From an uncultured SAR86 cluster bacterium (GTDB taxonomy: Bacteria > Pseudomonadota > Gammaproteobacteria > Magnimaribacterales > AG-339-G14): a stretch of DNA of 64,000 nucleotides. How positions within the stretch are numbered: the stretch's first letter is position 1; each line of letters opens with the position of its first letter. The notes below the pieces were generated by a model. The model searched no databases, was not told the DNA's origin, and saw only the letters and a program-made list of their open reading frames with translations. The DNA lies in contig CACPDB010000007.1 of assembly GCA_902632605.1 (NCBI GenBank), positions 2,418 to 66,417 of the forward strand. Reading direction: 5' to 3'. This document shows, piece by piece, positions 1-11,087 of the stretch. The translations under genes were made by a program, and so were the position numbers.

Positions 1-393
1 CGGTCAACAAATCTTGCAAATGCAAAGATAGAAATAAGCTCACTTTCTAAGACAAAAATTCTTAAAGAAAGTGAAATCTATAAGTCTCCTGCTTATGGTC
101 CAATCGACCAGCCATTTTTTTTCAATCTTGCTTTGGAAGTTGAAACGAAGTTCACGCCTTTAGTGCTTCTTGAGCATCTACAAAAAATTGAAACGAAACT
201 CAAACGCGAAAAAGATTCTCATATGAAGCCTCGAACCATTGATATCGATATTGTGTTTTTTGATGATGAATCAATAGAAACGCCTATTTTAAAAGTACCA
301 CACTACGATTGGCAAAATCGAGACTTTTTCATAAACCCACTCAAAGAAATAAATTGCCAAGCGCAAGAATTTAAAAACTTTAGCTTTGACTAA
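1..393 (+). CDS. folK: 2-amino-4-hydroxy-6-hydroxymethyldihydropteridine pyrophosphokinase (HPPK), 5' end cut by window edge
   Basis: Frame 1 is open from base 1 (..SEIYKSPAYGPIDQPFFFNLALEVET..) and runs into the listed 133..393 ORF. That ORF carries PRTIDIDIVFFDD and VPHYDWQNRDF, typical of the HPPK C-terminal half. Confidence 0.85.
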   Translation, partial: RSTNLANAKIEISSLSKTKILKESEIYKSPAYGPIDQPFFFNLALEVETKFTPLVLLEHLQKIETKLKREKDSHMKPRTIDIDIVFFDDESIETPILKVPHYDWQNRDFFINPLKEINCQAQEFKNFSFD

Positions 394-416
394 AGTTTTC
401 AAGATAGAATTATTTA

Positions 417-2345
417 ATGAAAACTTATTCGATAAGCAAAGTAAAAAAGAAAAATTCTATTATCTCTGAAGAAGATTTCAATAGTGAATATCGAGAGTCA
501 ATAAATAATCCAGAGGGCTTTTGGCAAAAAAAGGCTGAAGAAACCTTAGACTGGTTTTCAAATTGGAAAGAAGTGGTTTCATCTGATTTGGAAGCAGGCG
601 AAGTAGCTTGGTTCAAAACAGGAAAGTTGAATGCTTGTTTTAATTGTGTCGACCGTCACTTGGAGACTCATGCTAACAAAACTGCAGTCATTTGGGAGGG
701 CGATGATCCTAATGACAGTAAGAAAATTACCTTTCAAGAGTTGCATAAAAACGTTTGTCAATTCGCCAATCTCTTAAAATCCAGAAATATAAAAAAAGGC
801 GATCGAGTTTGCATTTACATGCCGATGATTCCTGAGGCAGCTTACGCGATGTTGGCTTGTGCCAGAATTGGTGCAATTCACTCCGTGGTTTTTGGAGGAT
901 TTTCCATCGAATCCCTGAAAGATAGAATTTTAGACTCAGATTGCACCGCAGTCATAACCGCAAATGAAGGAATCCGAGGAGGAAAACTTGTTCCGCTAAA
1001 AAATAATGTGGATGAAGCTCTAAAGGACTGTCCTAATGTGCACAGTGTAATAGTCGTAAATCGAACGGAAAGAGTTCTCATTAAAGAAAATGAAGTGGAT
1101 GTCGACTATTACCAAGACATTGAAAATTTTGATGCAGATTGCCCTTGTGAAGAGATGAATGCCGAAGATCCGCTTTTCATTCTTTATACTTCGGGCTCAA
1201 CGGGAAAACCCAAAGGAGTCCTCCATACCACCGGAGGATATTTGTTGGGTGCAGCCCTAAGCCACAAATACATTTTCAATCTAAAAGAAGATAGCATTTA
1301 CTGGTGCACTGCGGACGTCGGCTGGGTTACAGGTCATACTTATATTGTCTATGGTCCTTTAGCAAATGCCTCAACCACTTTAATGTTTGAGGGCATACCG
1401 ACATTCCCCGATGTTTCTAGGTTCTGGAATGTAATTGATAAACATCAAGTTAATATTTTCTACACTGCCCCCACTGCGATCAGAGCGCTTATGGCCCATG
1501 GCAATGAGCCTTTGCAATCCTCTTCTAGAGATTCTTTAAAAGTATTGGGTACGGTCGGAGAGCCTATAAATCCTGAAGCCTGGGAGTGGTATTACCATGA
1601 GGTTGGTAAAGGCAAATGCCCGATAGTCGACACTTGGTGGCAAACCGAAACCGGCAGCATCATGATATCCGGTTTGGCAGGATTTTCTGATCAAAAGCCG
1701 GGTTATGCTGGTAAACCTTTTCTTGGAATTAATCCTGCGCTTGTTGATGAAGAAGGTAATGAAATCGAAGGACCGGGTAAAGGTAATTTAGTCGTCAAAA
1801 GTTCTTGGCCGTCACAAATCAGAACGGTTTATGGGGATCATCAAAGATGTGTCGAAACCTATTATTCAACTTACAAAGGTTTTTACTTCACAGGAGATGG
1901 TGCTGAGCGAGATGCGGATGGTTTTTATAGAATCACAGGACGTGTTGATGATGTTTTAAATGTCTCTGGGCATCGCTTGGGTACTGCAGAGATTGAAAGT
2001 GCTTTGGTTTTACACGAAGCAGTTGCAGAAGCTGCGGTAGTTGGTTTTGAACATGAAATCAAAGGACAAGGAATTTATTGTTATGTGAATCTTATGAAAG
2101 AAGCAAGAGCTTCTGATGAAATCTATCAAGAATTAATTGGATTCATCGTCAAAGAAATCGGTCCCATTGCAAAACCAGATTCCATTCAATTCTGTTACGA
2201 TTTACCCAAAACCCGATCAGGAAAAATCATGCGTAGGATTTTAAGAAAAATTGCAGAAAACGAATTGGATAATTTGGGAGATACCACCACCCTTGCTGAT
2301 CCCAGTATCGTAGACATCTTGATCAAAGAAAGATTAAATAAATAA
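417..2345 (+). CDS. acs: acetyl-CoA synthetase (AMP-forming)
   Basis: 642 aa. AMP-binding signature [23 protein letters not shown], and C-terminal [11 protein letters not shown]. Length and architecture match Acs. Confidence 0.97.
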   Translation: MKTYSISKVKKKNSIISEEDFNSEYRESINNPEGFWQKKAEETLDWFSNWKEVVSSDLEAGEVAWFKTGKLNACFNCVDRHLETHANKTAVIWEGDDPNDSKKITFQELHKNVCQFANLLKSRNIKKGDRVCIYMPMIPEAAYAMLACARIGAIHSVVFGGFSIESLKDRILDSDCTAVITANEGIRGGKLVPLKNNVDEALKDCPNVHSVIVVNRTERVLIKENEVDVDYYQDIENFDADCPCEEMNAEDPLFILYTSGSTGKPKGVLHTTGGYLLGAALSHKYIFNLKEDSIYWCTADVGWVTGHTYIVYGPLANASTTLMFEGIPTFPDVSRFWNVIDKHQVNIFYTAPTAIRALMAHGNEPLQSSSRDSLKVLGTVGEPINPEAWEWYYHEVGKGKCPIVDTWWQTETGSIMISGLAGFSDQKPGYAGKPFLGINPALVDEEGNEIEGPGKGNLVVKSSWPSQIRTVYGDHQRCVETYYSTYKGFYFTGDGAERDADGFYRITGRVDDVLNVSGHRLGTAEIESALVLHEAVAEAAVVGFEHEIKGQGIYCYVNLMKEARASDEIYQELIGFIVKEIGPIAKPDSIQFCYDLPKTRSGKIMRRILRKIAENELDNLGDTTTLADPSIVDILIKERLNK

Positions 2346-2975
2346 ATGTTTGGATTCAAAAGTTTAGAAATACCTATTAAAGAAGATTGTCTGCCTGGTA
2401 GAACACAGGCAATTTACAATCCCGAAAATCACTTCGTGACCGGTGCACCTATGTCGGAGTGCATGTCTCAAGATAGTCCCAGAATACTCTTTGGCATGGG
2501 CTGCTTTTGGGGAGCAGAGAAAATGTTTTGGGACTTGGATTGTGTCAAGGTTACCGGTGTTGGCTATGCTGCTGGACACACGCCCAACCCTACTTATGAA
2601 GAAGTTTGTTCGGGATTAACTGCCCACTCTGAAATTGTTTTTGTGACTTACGAAGATGCTTCCAATTTAGAAGAATTGTTGCAAGTCTTTTGGGAAGGAC
2701 ACGACCCTACCCAATTCATGCGCCAAGGTGGTGATGTGGGTACACAATATCGTTCTGGAATTTATTTTTTTGATAAAGCTCAAGAAGAACTAGCCCTCAA
2801 AACCAAAGAAATTTATCAAGCAAAACTAGACGCCAGTGGCTTTGGTGAAATTGTCACGGAAATCTTGCCCGTTTCAGAAGAATTCTATGCTGAGGATTAC
2901 CACCAACAATACTTAGCAAAAAACCCAAACGGTTACTGTGGACATGGCGGTTGTGGAGTAAGGTTTAAAGATTAG
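2346..2975 (+). CDS. msrA: peptide-methionine (S)-S-oxide reductase
   Basis: Active-site motif GMGCFWGAE, plus HDPTQ and YHQQYL motifs. Starts at the base after the acs stop. Confidence 0.95.
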   Translation: MFGFKSLEIPIKEDCLPGRTQAIYNPENHFVTGAPMSECMSQDSPRILFGMGCFWGAEKMFWDLDCVKVTGVGYAAGHTPNPTYEEVCSGLTAHSEIVFVTYEDASNLEELLQVFWEGHDPTQFMRQGGDVGTQYRSGIYFFDKAQEELALKTKEIYQAKLDASGFGEIVTEILPVSEEFYAEDYHQQYLAKNPNGYCGHGGCGVRFKD

Positions 2976-3796
2976 CCTTTCCAGTGAAACTCATCACCTT
3001 TGCTTACAGCTTTATCTTCTTCAATCAATTTATTCAAATGAGCTAATAGTGAAGCTCGCGCGATACCATGAAGCCTTTCATCGACATCGTCATAAACCTT
3101 TTCAACTAATTGGTCTAAGTTTGCTTTGGAAAATTCCGTTAAAGCATCAACTACCTTCTTTTCTCTAAACATTCTGTGACTGACAATCCAATCCACTACG
3201 CTTTTGGGATCTTTCATAAGATTTCCATGTCCCGGTGCAATCAAAGAGATATCAAATTGTTTGAGTTTTTCCAAAGACTCAATATATTGCTTCATATTTC
3301 CATCAGGTGGTCCAATGACTACTGTTGAACCTTCCATAATATGATCTCCAGTGAAGACTAATTTTTCTTCTTCTAAAAGATAACAAAGGTGATTTGAAGC
3401 ATGTCCCGGCGTGTGAATGGCTTTTAAAGTGTATTCAATTTCTCTAATTTCATCACCATCTTTTAAAACTTTATGAGCTTTAAAGGTTTTATCCTGAGTT
3501 TGCTTATGCAATGCATACATTCCCATAACTGGTGCTGCGGTTCGTTGATGAAGCAACTTAGCTCCTGGAGAATGATCAGGATGGGTGTGAGTTACTAGAA
3601 TTTGTTTGATGTCATCGCCACAAACTTTAGCAATGTTTTCAATATGCTCTGGCATAGCAGGACCAGGATCAATCACAGTAATTTCTTCTTTACCTACAAG
3701 ATAAGTATTCGTTCCTGGACCGGTAAAGACGCTGGAATTACCTGCTGTGATTCTTCTGACTAATGGCGAAAGCTCAGTGATCGTCATAACCCTCAT
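2972..3796 (-). CDS. MBL-fold metallo-hydrolase
   Basis: HTHPDHSPG (HxHxDH) metal-binding motif with later HTPGH and GD..M motifs. 274 aa. Confidence 0.8.
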   Translation of the reverse strand: MRVMTITELSPLVRRITAGNSSVFTGPGTNTYLVGKEEITVIDPGPAMPEHIENIAKVCGDDIKQILVTHTHPDHSPGAKLLHQRTAAPVMGMYALHKQTQDKTFKAHKVLKDGDEIREIEYTLKAIHTPGHASNHLCYLLEEEKLVFTGDHIMEGSTVVIGPPDGNMKQYIESLEKLKQFDISLIAPGHGNLMKDPKSVVDWIVSHRMFREKKVVDALTEFSKANLDQLVEKVYDDVDERLHGIARASLLAHLNKLIEEDKAVSKGDEFHWKG

Positions 3797-4643
3797 CTCC
3801 AGGCATTAGAAGAACCATTTTCCCATCTTGCATGAAAATTTTCGGCTCAACTGTCACGATATTGTTCTGCTCTTCCACCTTGTCTTTGAGGAGCTTTTCA
3901 GTGTCTGAGTATCCCTTAATTGATTCTAAATTTTTAATGGTTGGAAAAATTATTGGAAACTCACCCTTTTCGCCTTGAGCGAGCGCGTCTTCGGGTTTGA
4001 TCCAAATACTTTTTACTCCTTCGCTGCCATCATGTTTGGCAGTTTGTCCTTCTGGAAATAGCGCGATAAAAAAATGCGTGCTGTATCTTTTGGCTTCGGA
4101 TTTTGGTGTAACCCAATGTGAAATGTAAGCCAATCGGTCAACAGCCAGTTGCAAATCCAATTTTTGACACAGTTCTAACAAAACTGGTTCACCTTGATTT
4201 AATTTATCTCGATACTTTTTAAGAATTTCTTTTTCATTGTCATCTGAAGAGCCGAAGACTTCGCCGCTACTTCTGTATGCAAGCAGGACACCACATTCCT
4301 CAAAACACTCTCTAATGCAAGCTATCCAATAGTTGAGTCCACCTGATTTGACACCTAATAATTGCGATGCAACTTCATCTGTTAAACCACGGCAATAATT
4401 ATTGATATCATCCTTGAGATCGTATTCATCCAATTTTCCTCCTGGAAATACCCACGCACCACCAAAATTTGTTTTGATTGATCTTTGAATCATAAATACT
4501 TCTACTGCTTCTTCGATAGTCCTGACCAGCAACACCGTAGCTGCGGGTTTAGGTTCCGAAGGAGGTAAGGAAGGATCAGCTTGTTGAATGTTGATCTTGG
4601 GATTTCTTTCTACTTTGATATCTTTAGAATCTTTTTCCGACAT
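3774..4643 (-). CDS. NUDIX-family hydrolase
   Basis: FPGGKLDE... followed by IRECFEECGVLL, matching the REx2EExGU Nudix core. Substrate unknown. Confidence 0.7.
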   Translation of the reverse strand: MSEKDSKDIKVERNPKINIQQADPSLPPSEPKPAATVLLVRTIEEAVEVFMIQRSIKTNFGGAWVFPGGKLDEYDLKDDINNYCRGLTDEVASQLLGVKSGGLNYWIACIRECFEECGVLLAYRSSGEVFGSSDDNEKEILKKYRDKLNQGEPVLLELCQKLDLQLAVDRLAYISHWVTPKSEAKRYSTHFFIALFPEGQTAKHDGSEGVKSIWIKPEDALAQGEKGEFPIIFPTIKNLESIKGYSDTEKLLKDKVEEQNNIVTVEPKIFMQDGKMVLLMPGDEGYDDH

Positions 4644-4663
4644 ATAAATTTTAGATTTTAGGA

Positions 4664-5539
4664 TTGTTTGTACATAATATATTTAATAAATTTTTATACA
4701 AATTGAAAATCAAAGAATTTAAACCTAAAAACATCGAAAAAAAACTCGTCAGAAATCCCAATTCCAATAAAGGGGATTATGGTCATGTTTTAGTCATTGC
4801 TGGAAATTTAGGTTTTGGTGGCGCTGCCCTTCTTTCTTCAAAGGCAGTTCTTGCAAGCGGTGCAGGTTTGGCGACCTTAGCAACAAGAAAAGACCATCTC
4901 TCAGCTGCCTTGGCATATTGTCCAGAAGTTATGACGAAAACTGTGGAAAGCATCTCTGACTTAGAAAATCACTTGTCTAATAAAACAGTCATTTGTATCG
5001 GTCCAGGTTTGGGTAGAGATTATTGGGCTGATCAGATGCTTTATAAAACAACAAACTTTGCAGCAAAAGAAAATCTTCCGATTTTGATTGATGCTGATGG
5101 ATTAAATATCCTCTCTGAAAACAAACTAAAAATTAAATCACCAAAAAAATTAATTCTTACACCTCATCCAGGAGAAGCAGCAAGATTGCTTAAGACAAAG
5201 GTCTCGACCATTCAAAAAAATAGACCGCAAGCATTAGCTAAGCTTTGCGACAAATACAATGCAACGGTCATCCTTAAAGGTCATGAAACATTGATTGGTA
5301 ACAAAAGAACTTCTTTTATGTGTAAAAAAGGCAATGCTGGCATGGCTGTAGGTGGCATGGGCGATGTACTCTCTGGACTAGTTTCTGGATTAATAGCTCA
5401 AGGTTTATCGTCCATAGATGCCGCTTGCTTAGGAGTTGATATGCATGCAAGCGCAGCAGATAGCTTTGTTGAAAAACATGATATGAAATCGTTGATGCCT
5501 TCTGATTTATTTAACTTTATCAAAATGAAGAATGAATAA
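4664..5539 (+). CDS. nnrD: ADP-dependent NAD(P)H-hydrate dehydratase (YjeF C-terminal type)
   Basis: KGDYGHVLVIAGNLGFGGAALLS, LTPHPGEAARL and GMGDVLSG motifs of the YjeF_C/carbohydrate kinase fold. The listed start is TTG, and an in-frame TTG at 4703 is an alternative, so the start is uncertain. Confidence 0.82.
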   Translation: MFVHNIFNKFLYKLKIKEFKPKNIEKKLVRNPNSNKGDYGHVLVIAGNLGFGGAALLSSKAVLASGAGLATLATRKDHLSAALAYCPEVMTKTVESISDLENHLSNKTVICIGPGLGRDYWADQMLYKTTNFAAKENLPILIDADGLNILSENKLKIKSPKKLILTPHPGEAARLLKTKVSTIQKNRPQALAKLCDKYNATVILKGHETLIGNKRTSFMCKKGNAGMAVGGMGDVLSGLVSGLIAQGLSSIDAACLGVDMHASAADSFVEKHDMKSLMPSDLFNFIKMKNE

Positions 5540-5984
5540 AGAACTTGTCTTATCGAGCCTAGATGAAACAAAACAGCTTGCAACAAAAATCGCCACTTTT
5601 CTAAAAGAAGAAAATAATCTTCCAATTTCTATTCATCTTTCCGGAGACTTAGGTACAGGAAAGACTACTTTGGTCAAAGAAGTCTTAAATTGTCTGGGTA
5701 TAGAAAATTTCATCAATAGTCCAACCTTTACTTTGATTGAACCTTATGAAATCAATGATTTGAAAATCTTCCATATCGATTTATACCGTGTAGAAAAAAT
5801 AACCGAGCTTAGCGCAATCGGTTTAGAAGAATATCTGCAAGAAGCGAATTCCATCAACTTTATTGAATGGCCTGAGAAAGGATCTAGTTTTTTAAAAGAG
5901 CCTGATATTGCCATTTCGTTATATCACCAAGGTGAAACTACAAGAAAATGTAAAGTTGAAACTTCCTTAGATTTAAATCTTTAA
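5532..5984 (+). CDS. tsaE: tRNA threonylcarbamoyladenosine biosynthesis ATPase TsaE (YjeE)
   Basis: P-loop GDLGTGKTT, SPTFTL and HIDLYR motifs. 150 aa. Overlaps nnrD by 8 nt; nnrD and tsaE are adjacent in many Gammaproteobacteria. Confidence 0.9.
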   Translation: MNKELVLSSLDETKQLATKIATFLKEENNLPISIHLSGDLGTGKTTLVKEVLNCLGIENFINSPTFTLIEPYEINDLKIFHIDLYRVEKITELSAIGLEEYLQEANSINFIEWPEKGSSFLKEPDIAISLYHQGETTRKCKVETSLDLNL

Positions 5985-5985
5985 G

Positions 5986-8151
5986 CTAGTTGAGTGGATC
6001 CACATCAATTCCAACTCTTACATTTTTAGAATAATCGCTTTGATCGATCATTTTGATAACTTGATTTGCAAGGGCATGTATTTTTTTTCGATTTTCAGAT
6101 TTCAGGGTAAAGACCCATCGGAAATAATTTTTTCGCTTTTCAATAAGCTCTGGTTTTGGTCCTATAAATTCATCGTCATTTAAATTTAATGAACGAGTGA
6201 TTTCCGTCAAAACCTTTTCCGGTAGAGGTCGTTTAAGCGATTCCGCGTGAATGTTAATTTGATAAACAAAAGGTGGAAGCTTACTGGTTTGTCTTTCTTC
6301 TAAAATTTCATTGGCAATTTTATCGTAATCAAAGGAAGAAATTTTTTCTAAAAAAGGATGTTCAGGTACAAACGATTGCAAAATGACCCTACCTTCTTTA
6401 TCTTCCCTGCCAGCTCTTCCTGAAACCTGAATCAATAACTGGGCCAACCTTTCAGAAGCTTTGTGATCAACTGAAAAAAGACCACTGTCAGCATCTACTA
6501 CTACCACTAGAGTTAAATTGGGCATGTGATGACCTTTGGCTAAAATCTGCGTTCCCACCAATATCAGAGGCTCTTTGGAATCAGGTAATACCGAGTTGGA
6601 TCTTAATTGCTCTTTGCCCAGAGCTTCTCTGTCAACTCTAATAACAGAAGTATTTTTAAAATACTCTTTTAAAAATTCTTCGAGTTTCTCGGTTCCCGTA
6701 TGAAAAAATTCCAAACTTTCTTCGTTACAGTTCAGACAAGCAACAGGCATAGGATGCTTGGTACCACAATGATGACAAACTAATCTTTTAGGATTGATGT
6801 GATAAACCATTGATACGTCGCAATTACTGCACTCCGGAGTCCAGCCGCATTTATTACAAAAAACCATTGGTGCGTAGCCTTTTTTGTTGAGGAAAACTAA
6901 AACTTGATTGCCTTTACTCAATTCTCTGGAAATTTCATTAAGACTGTATTCAGTTAAACCTGACTTTAGTTCAGATGATCTTAAATCAGAGATTTCAAAC
7001 TTAGGCTGTCTGGCATCTTTTACCCTTCGGGTTAGTTTGTGTAAGCAGTATTTTTTATCCTGACAATTTTTAAGACTTTCCAAGCTTGGCGTTGCTGAGC
7101 ACATGATGACAGGAATTTTTTCAAGATTTGCTCGATAGACTGCAACGTCTCTAGCTGAATATCTAAAGCCATCAATTTGTTTGTATGAAGAATCGTGCTC
7201 TTCATCTACCACTATCAAGCCTAAATCATTGAACGGCGTAAAAATCGCTGATCTTGTTCCAATTAAAATAGATTTAAAGCCTTTGTTAATATCATTCCAA
7301 GCGTGGGCTCTATCTTTTTCTGACATTTCTGAGTGCAAAAGAGCGACATTGTCTTTGCCAAATCTCCTTTCGATTTCGGCTTTTAGATTTGGAGTCAGAC
7401 CAATTTCTGGAACAAGAATTAATACTTGTTTACCTTTTTCTATGAAGTCTCTAATGAGATGAAAATATATTTCGGTTTTACCACTTCCCGTAATTCCAAA
7501 AATTAGATGCGTATGATTGGTTGATGAATTTTTAATAGACTTATAGATTGTATTTTGCTCATCATTCAATTCAAAAAAAGCTTCTGAATAAAGTTCCTTA
7601 TTAGTTTTCAATTCATTTCGATTGCGGCTTTTTTTCTCAAGATAACCTTTTGAAATTAAAGCATCCAAAATGGCTTTAGAGATTTTGTTTGCTTTTAAAC
7701 CTGGACGGGATAACTCCGATTTGTGTTGAAAAACTTCAAGGGCTTCAAATTGCTTTACTGCACGCCCAAAGGATTCTTTGCTTGCTAATTTACCCAAGTT
7801 TGAAATTGCGTACACCTCTATGGAATCGTTTATTTTTTTGCCTTTTCTCAAGAAAGGTGGGAAATAGGATTTAAAAATTTCTCCAATAGGTGCTTTGTAG
7901 TAATTAGCTATCCAATGAATGAGATCGTATGACGGCTTATCGATTAAAGAATTTCTATCTATAACTTTAGTAATGGGTTTTATAGATTTTACGTTTGGGC
8001 TGGATTGTTTTTTCAACACGTATCCGACAATTTCTCGATTTCTAAATGGAACTTGAACTCTGGAGCCATTGGAAATCTTGATATTTGAACTGTAAGTAAA
8101 AGAGTTTCTTATTGGTAAAGGAAGCGCTACTTCATAATATAAATTTTCCAT
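5986..8151 (-). CDS. priA: primosomal replication protein N' (PriA helicase)
   Basis: 721 aa. Walker A GITGSGKT, DEEH box (VVDEEHD), and a Cys-rich zinc region (CNKCGW..CSNCD..CHHCG..CLNC). Confidence 0.95.
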   Translation of the reverse strand: MENLYYEVALPLPIRNSFTYSSNIKISNGSRVQVPFRNREIVGYVLKKQSSPNVKSIKPITKVIDRNSLIDKPSYDLIHWIANYYKAPIGEIFKSYFPPFLRKGKKINDSIEVYAISNLGKLASKESFGRAVKQFEALEVFQHKSELSRPGLKANKISKAILDALISKGYLEKKSRNRNELKTNKELYSEAFFELNDEQNTIYKSIKNSSTNHTHLIFGITGSGKTEIYFHLIRDFIEKGKQVLILVPEIGLTPNLKAEIERRFGKDNVALLHSEMSEKDRAHAWNDINKGFKSILIGTRSAIFTPFNDLGLIVVDEEHDSSYKQIDGFRYSARDVAVYRANLEKIPVIMCSATPSLESLKNCQDKKYCLHKLTRRVKDARQPKFEISDLRSSELKSGLTEYSLNEISRELSKGNQVLVFLNKKGYAPMVFCNKCGWTPECSNCDVSMVYHINPKRLVCHHCGTKHPMPVACLNCNEESLEFFHTGTEKLEEFLKEYFKNTSVIRVDREALGKEQLRSNSVLPDSKEPLILVGTQILAKGHHMPNLTLVVVVDADSGLFSVDHKASERLAQLLIQVSGRAGREDKEGRVILQSFVPEHPFLEKISSFDYDKIANEILEERQTSKLPPFVYQINIHAESLKRPLPEKVLTEITRSLNLNDDEFIGPKPELIEKRKNYFRWVFTLKSENRKKIHALANQVIKMIDQSDYSKNVRVGIDVDPLN

Positions 8152-8221
8152 TTAAGTTTATTTGAGAATAAATAGTCTTCTGGTATAGTGCGGCAGCATA
8201 TTTTTTTAATCAAGAAGAATA

Positions 8222-8704
8222 GTGAAAAAAGAAATTCATCCAGAATACAGAACGGTTTTATTCCATGATGTGAGTGTAGATAAGTACTATCTCATTCCAT
8301 CAACATTGGAAACTGACCAAACAAAAGAATGGGAAGATGGTAATACTTATCCTTACTGTCCTCTTGATGTATCTTCAGCATCTCATCCTTTCTATACAGG
8401 TCAGAATAAAATTATTGATACTGGTGGAAGAGTTGAAAGATTCAAAAAACGTTTTTCAAAGAAAGCTGCTGTAAAGGTTGCTCCTGCTGAAGAAAATCCT
8501 AAAGAAGAGACTCCTCCAGTAGTAGAAAAAGAAGAAGATGTAAAAGCTTCAGCTACTGCTGAAGAAGTTACAAAACAGGCTCCTGAAGCCACAGCTGAAG
8601 AAGCCATTGAAGCCGTTGAAGCAGCTCCTTCTGATGCTCCTCAAGAGGAAACTTCTGGTCAAGAAGCTAATGATGAATCTTCTAATTCTTCAGAAGAAAA
8701 ATAA
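8222..8704 (+). CDS. rpmE2: 50S ribosomal protein L31, type B (zinc-independent), with a long acidic C-terminal tail
   Basis: GTG start. The N-terminal ~78 aa ([23 protein letters not shown]...SHPFYTGQ...[11 protein letters not shown]) match the YkgM-type L31 lacking the CxxC pairs. The remaining ~80 aa are E/A/P/K-rich low complexity. Confidence 0.85.
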   Translation: MKKEIHPEYRTVLFHDVSVDKYYLIPSTLETDQTKEWEDGNTYPYCPLDVSSASHPFYTGQNKIIDTGGRVERFKKRFSKKAAVKVAPAEENPKEETPPVVEKEEDVKASATAEEVTKQAPEATAEEAIEAVEAAPSDAPQEETSGQEANDESSNSSEEK

Positions 8705-8746
8705 ATTTTCATACTTGATTTTTTAGACTCCTAATCAGTCACTCAT

Positions 8747-10534
8747 ATGAATCCTGAATTTATTCGAAATATCGCCATCATTGCACACGTCGATCATGGA
8801 AAAACTACGTTAGTCGATAAATTACTAGAACATTCCGGTACCTTGGATAGAAAAAATATTGGCTCGGAAAGAATCTTAGATTCCAATGATCAAGAAAGAG
8901 AAAGAGGAATAACGATTCTTTCTAAAAATACTGCCATCAAGTGGAAAGATCACAAAATAAATATCGTTGACACTCCTGGACATGCTGATTTTGGTGGAGA
9001 AGTTGAAAGAGTTTTGTCTATGGTAGATTCGGTTTTGTTGCTAGTTGATGCCGTTGATGGTCCCATGCCACAAACCAGATTTGTAACACAAAAAGCTTTT
9101 GAAAAAGGATTAAATCCCATTTTGGTCATAAATAAAATTGATCGTCCTAGTGCCAGACCCGATTGGGTACTAGACCAAGTTTTTGATCTCTTCGATAGGT
9201 TGGGTGGCAACGATCAACAAATGGACTTTCCAACAATCTATACTTCTGCCTTGAATGGAACGTCCGGTTTAGATTTGGAAAAAATTGAAAACGATATGTC
9301 CCCACTTTTAGACCTCATCATTAGCAAGGTTGATGAGCCTCCTGTCAGTCTAGAAGAACCCTTTCAAATGCAAATCAGCGCCTTAGACAGCAATAGCTAT
9401 GTAGGTGTAATAGGCATCGGCAGAATATCTCGTGGAAACGTTAAACCAAATGATCAAGTTGTTGTCATCGATGCAAAAGGAGAGCAAAAAACAGGAAAAA
9501 TTCTCCAAGTTTTGGGTCATGAAGGCCTAGAAAGAGTTGAAGTCGACAAAGCTGAAGCGGGTGACATTGTCTGTGTGACAGGTATTGAGAAGCTATATAT
9601 CTCGGATACTTTATGTAACCCCGAGAATATAGAACAACTCCCTCCTCTATCAGTAGACGAACCGACTGTGAGTATGACTTTCCAAGTGAATGATTCTCCA
9701 TTTGCTGGCAAAGAAGGTAAGTTTGTAACTTCAAGAAATATCAAAGACCGTCTTGAACAAGAATTGTTAAGTAATGTTGCTTTAAGAGTTGAGCAAGGTG
9801 AAAGTGCTGACAAATTCAAAGTCTCTGGCCGAGGAGAATTGCATTTATCGGTTTTGATAGAAAGCATGCGTCGAGATGGATTCGAATTGGGAGTTTCGAA
9901 ACCTGAAGTTATACAAAAAGAAGTGAATGGCGAAATCCATGAACCTTTTGAACAAATAGTAATTGATATCGAGGAACAACATCAAGGACCTGTAATGGAA
10001 GAGATGGGTTCAAGAAAAGCAGAACTGAAAAATATGGAACCAAGTGAGATGGGAAGAATAAAATTGGATTTTATTGCGCCTTCCAGAGGCATGATTGGAT
10101 TTAGGTCTCAGTTTCTTACCTTGACGAGCGGCACCGGAATTCTAACCAGTATCTTCGATCATTACGGTCCTGCAAAAAAAGGAGAGATTACTACACGTCA
10201 AAATGGCGTCTTGGTCTCTATGGCTGAAGGAAAAACCTTAGCCTATTCGTTATTCAACTTACAAAATAGAGGAAAGCTTTTTGTCGGACATGGATTGAAT
10301 ATTTATAAAGGACAAATTGTTGGCTTACATTCCAGAGATAACGACTTACCGGTCAATCCAACCAAAGCAAAACAGTTAACCAATATCAGAGCCTCAGGTA
10401 CTGATGAAAATCTTATCTTGGTTCCACATATTGAACATTCTTTAGAACAGGCATTGGAATTTATTGAAGAAGACGAATTAGTGGAAGTAACTCCTTCAGC
10501 TATCAGATTAAGAAAAAAAGCTTTCAGATTTTAA
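8747..10534 (+). CDS. typA: translational GTPase TypA/BipA
   Basis: G1 [10 protein letters not shown]3 [12 protein letters not shown]. 595 aa with EF-G-like domain order. Confidence 0.95.
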   Translation: MNPEFIRNIAIIAHVDHGKTTLVDKLLEHSGTLDRKNIGSERILDSNDQERERGITILSKNTAIKWKDHKINIVDTPGHADFGGEVERVLSMVDSVLLLVDAVDGPMPQTRFVTQKAFEKGLNPILVINKIDRPSARPDWVLDQVFDLFDRLGGNDQQMDFPTIYTSALNGTSGLDLEKIENDMSPLLDLIISKVDEPPVSLEEPFQMQISALDSNSYVGVIGIGRISRGNVKPNDQVVVIDAKGEQKTGKILQVLGHEGLERVEVDKAEAGDIVCVTGIEKLYISDTLCNPENIEQLPPLSVDEPTVSMTFQVNDSPFAGKEGKFVTSRNIKDRLEQELLSNVALRVEQGESADKFKVSGRGELHLSVLIESMRRDGFELGVSKPEVIQKEVNGEIHEPFEQIVIDIEEQHQGPVMEEMGSRKAELKNMEPSEMGRIKLDFIAPSRGMIGFRSQFLTLTSGTGILTSIFDHYGPAKKGEITTRQNGVLVSMAEGKTLAYSLFNLQNRGKLFVGHGLNIYKGQIVGLHSRDNDLPVNPTKAKQLTNIRASGTDENLILVPHIEHSLEQALEFIEEDELVEVTPSAIRLRKKAFRF

Positions 10535-10535
10535 T

Positions 10536-11087
10536 TTATTTAGTTCCTGAAGAACCAAAACCTTTGGAGCCCCTTTCCGAGAAATCAAATTCGGAAACCA
10601 ACTTAAAGTTAGGCGAAGCAACAGCAAAAAACATCATCTGAGCAATCCTATCTCCAGGGAGAACCTCGAATGATTCTTTGGATCTATTCCACAAAGAGAC
10701 CATGATTTCTCCTTGATAATCTGAATCAATAAGGCCCACCAAGTTTCCCAAGACGATTCCGTGTTTATGCCCTAGGCCTGACCTAGGAAGAATCAAGGCT
10801 GCATATTTTGAATCCTTAATATGAATTGAAAATCCAGTGGTAAAAAGAAAAGTCTCATCGGGCTGAAGAATTTTTTTTTCTTTGATGTTAGTCCTCAAAT
10901 CTAAAGCTGCGGATCCTGCGGTACTGAATTTAGGTAAGGGAATTTTATCGCCAAGTTCATTATCAAGAATTTTAAATTCAACATTAAGCGCTATATTCGA
11001 GGTTGATTGTTGTCCAGGATTAACCGCCTTAGATATTAAGGAAGGTAGGAAGATTCCTACTAATTTGAGCAAAATCCATCTAATCAT
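10536..11087 (-). CDS. dut: dUTP diphosphatase
   Basis: dUTPase motifs [24 protein letters not shown] and C-terminal [10 protein letters not shown]. The ORF has about 34 extra hydrophobic N-terminal residues, and no canonical start lies nearer the conserved core. Overlaps coaBC by 8 nt. Confidence 0.88.
   Translation of the reverse strand: MIRWILLKLVGIFLPSLISKAVNPGQQSTSNIALNVEFKILDNELGDKIPLPKFSTAGSAALDLRTNIKEKKILQPDETFLFTTGFSIHIKDSKYAALILPRSGLGHKHGIVLGNLVGLIDSDYQGEIMVSLWNRSKESFEVLPGDRIAQMMFFAVASPNFKLVSEFDFSERGSKGFGSSGTK

Noticed and set aside
9465-9867. Two minus-strand ORFs (89 and 116 aa) inside typA
   Set aside because: They are antisense to a highly conserved GTPase gene and have no recognisable motifs, so they are shadow ORFs.
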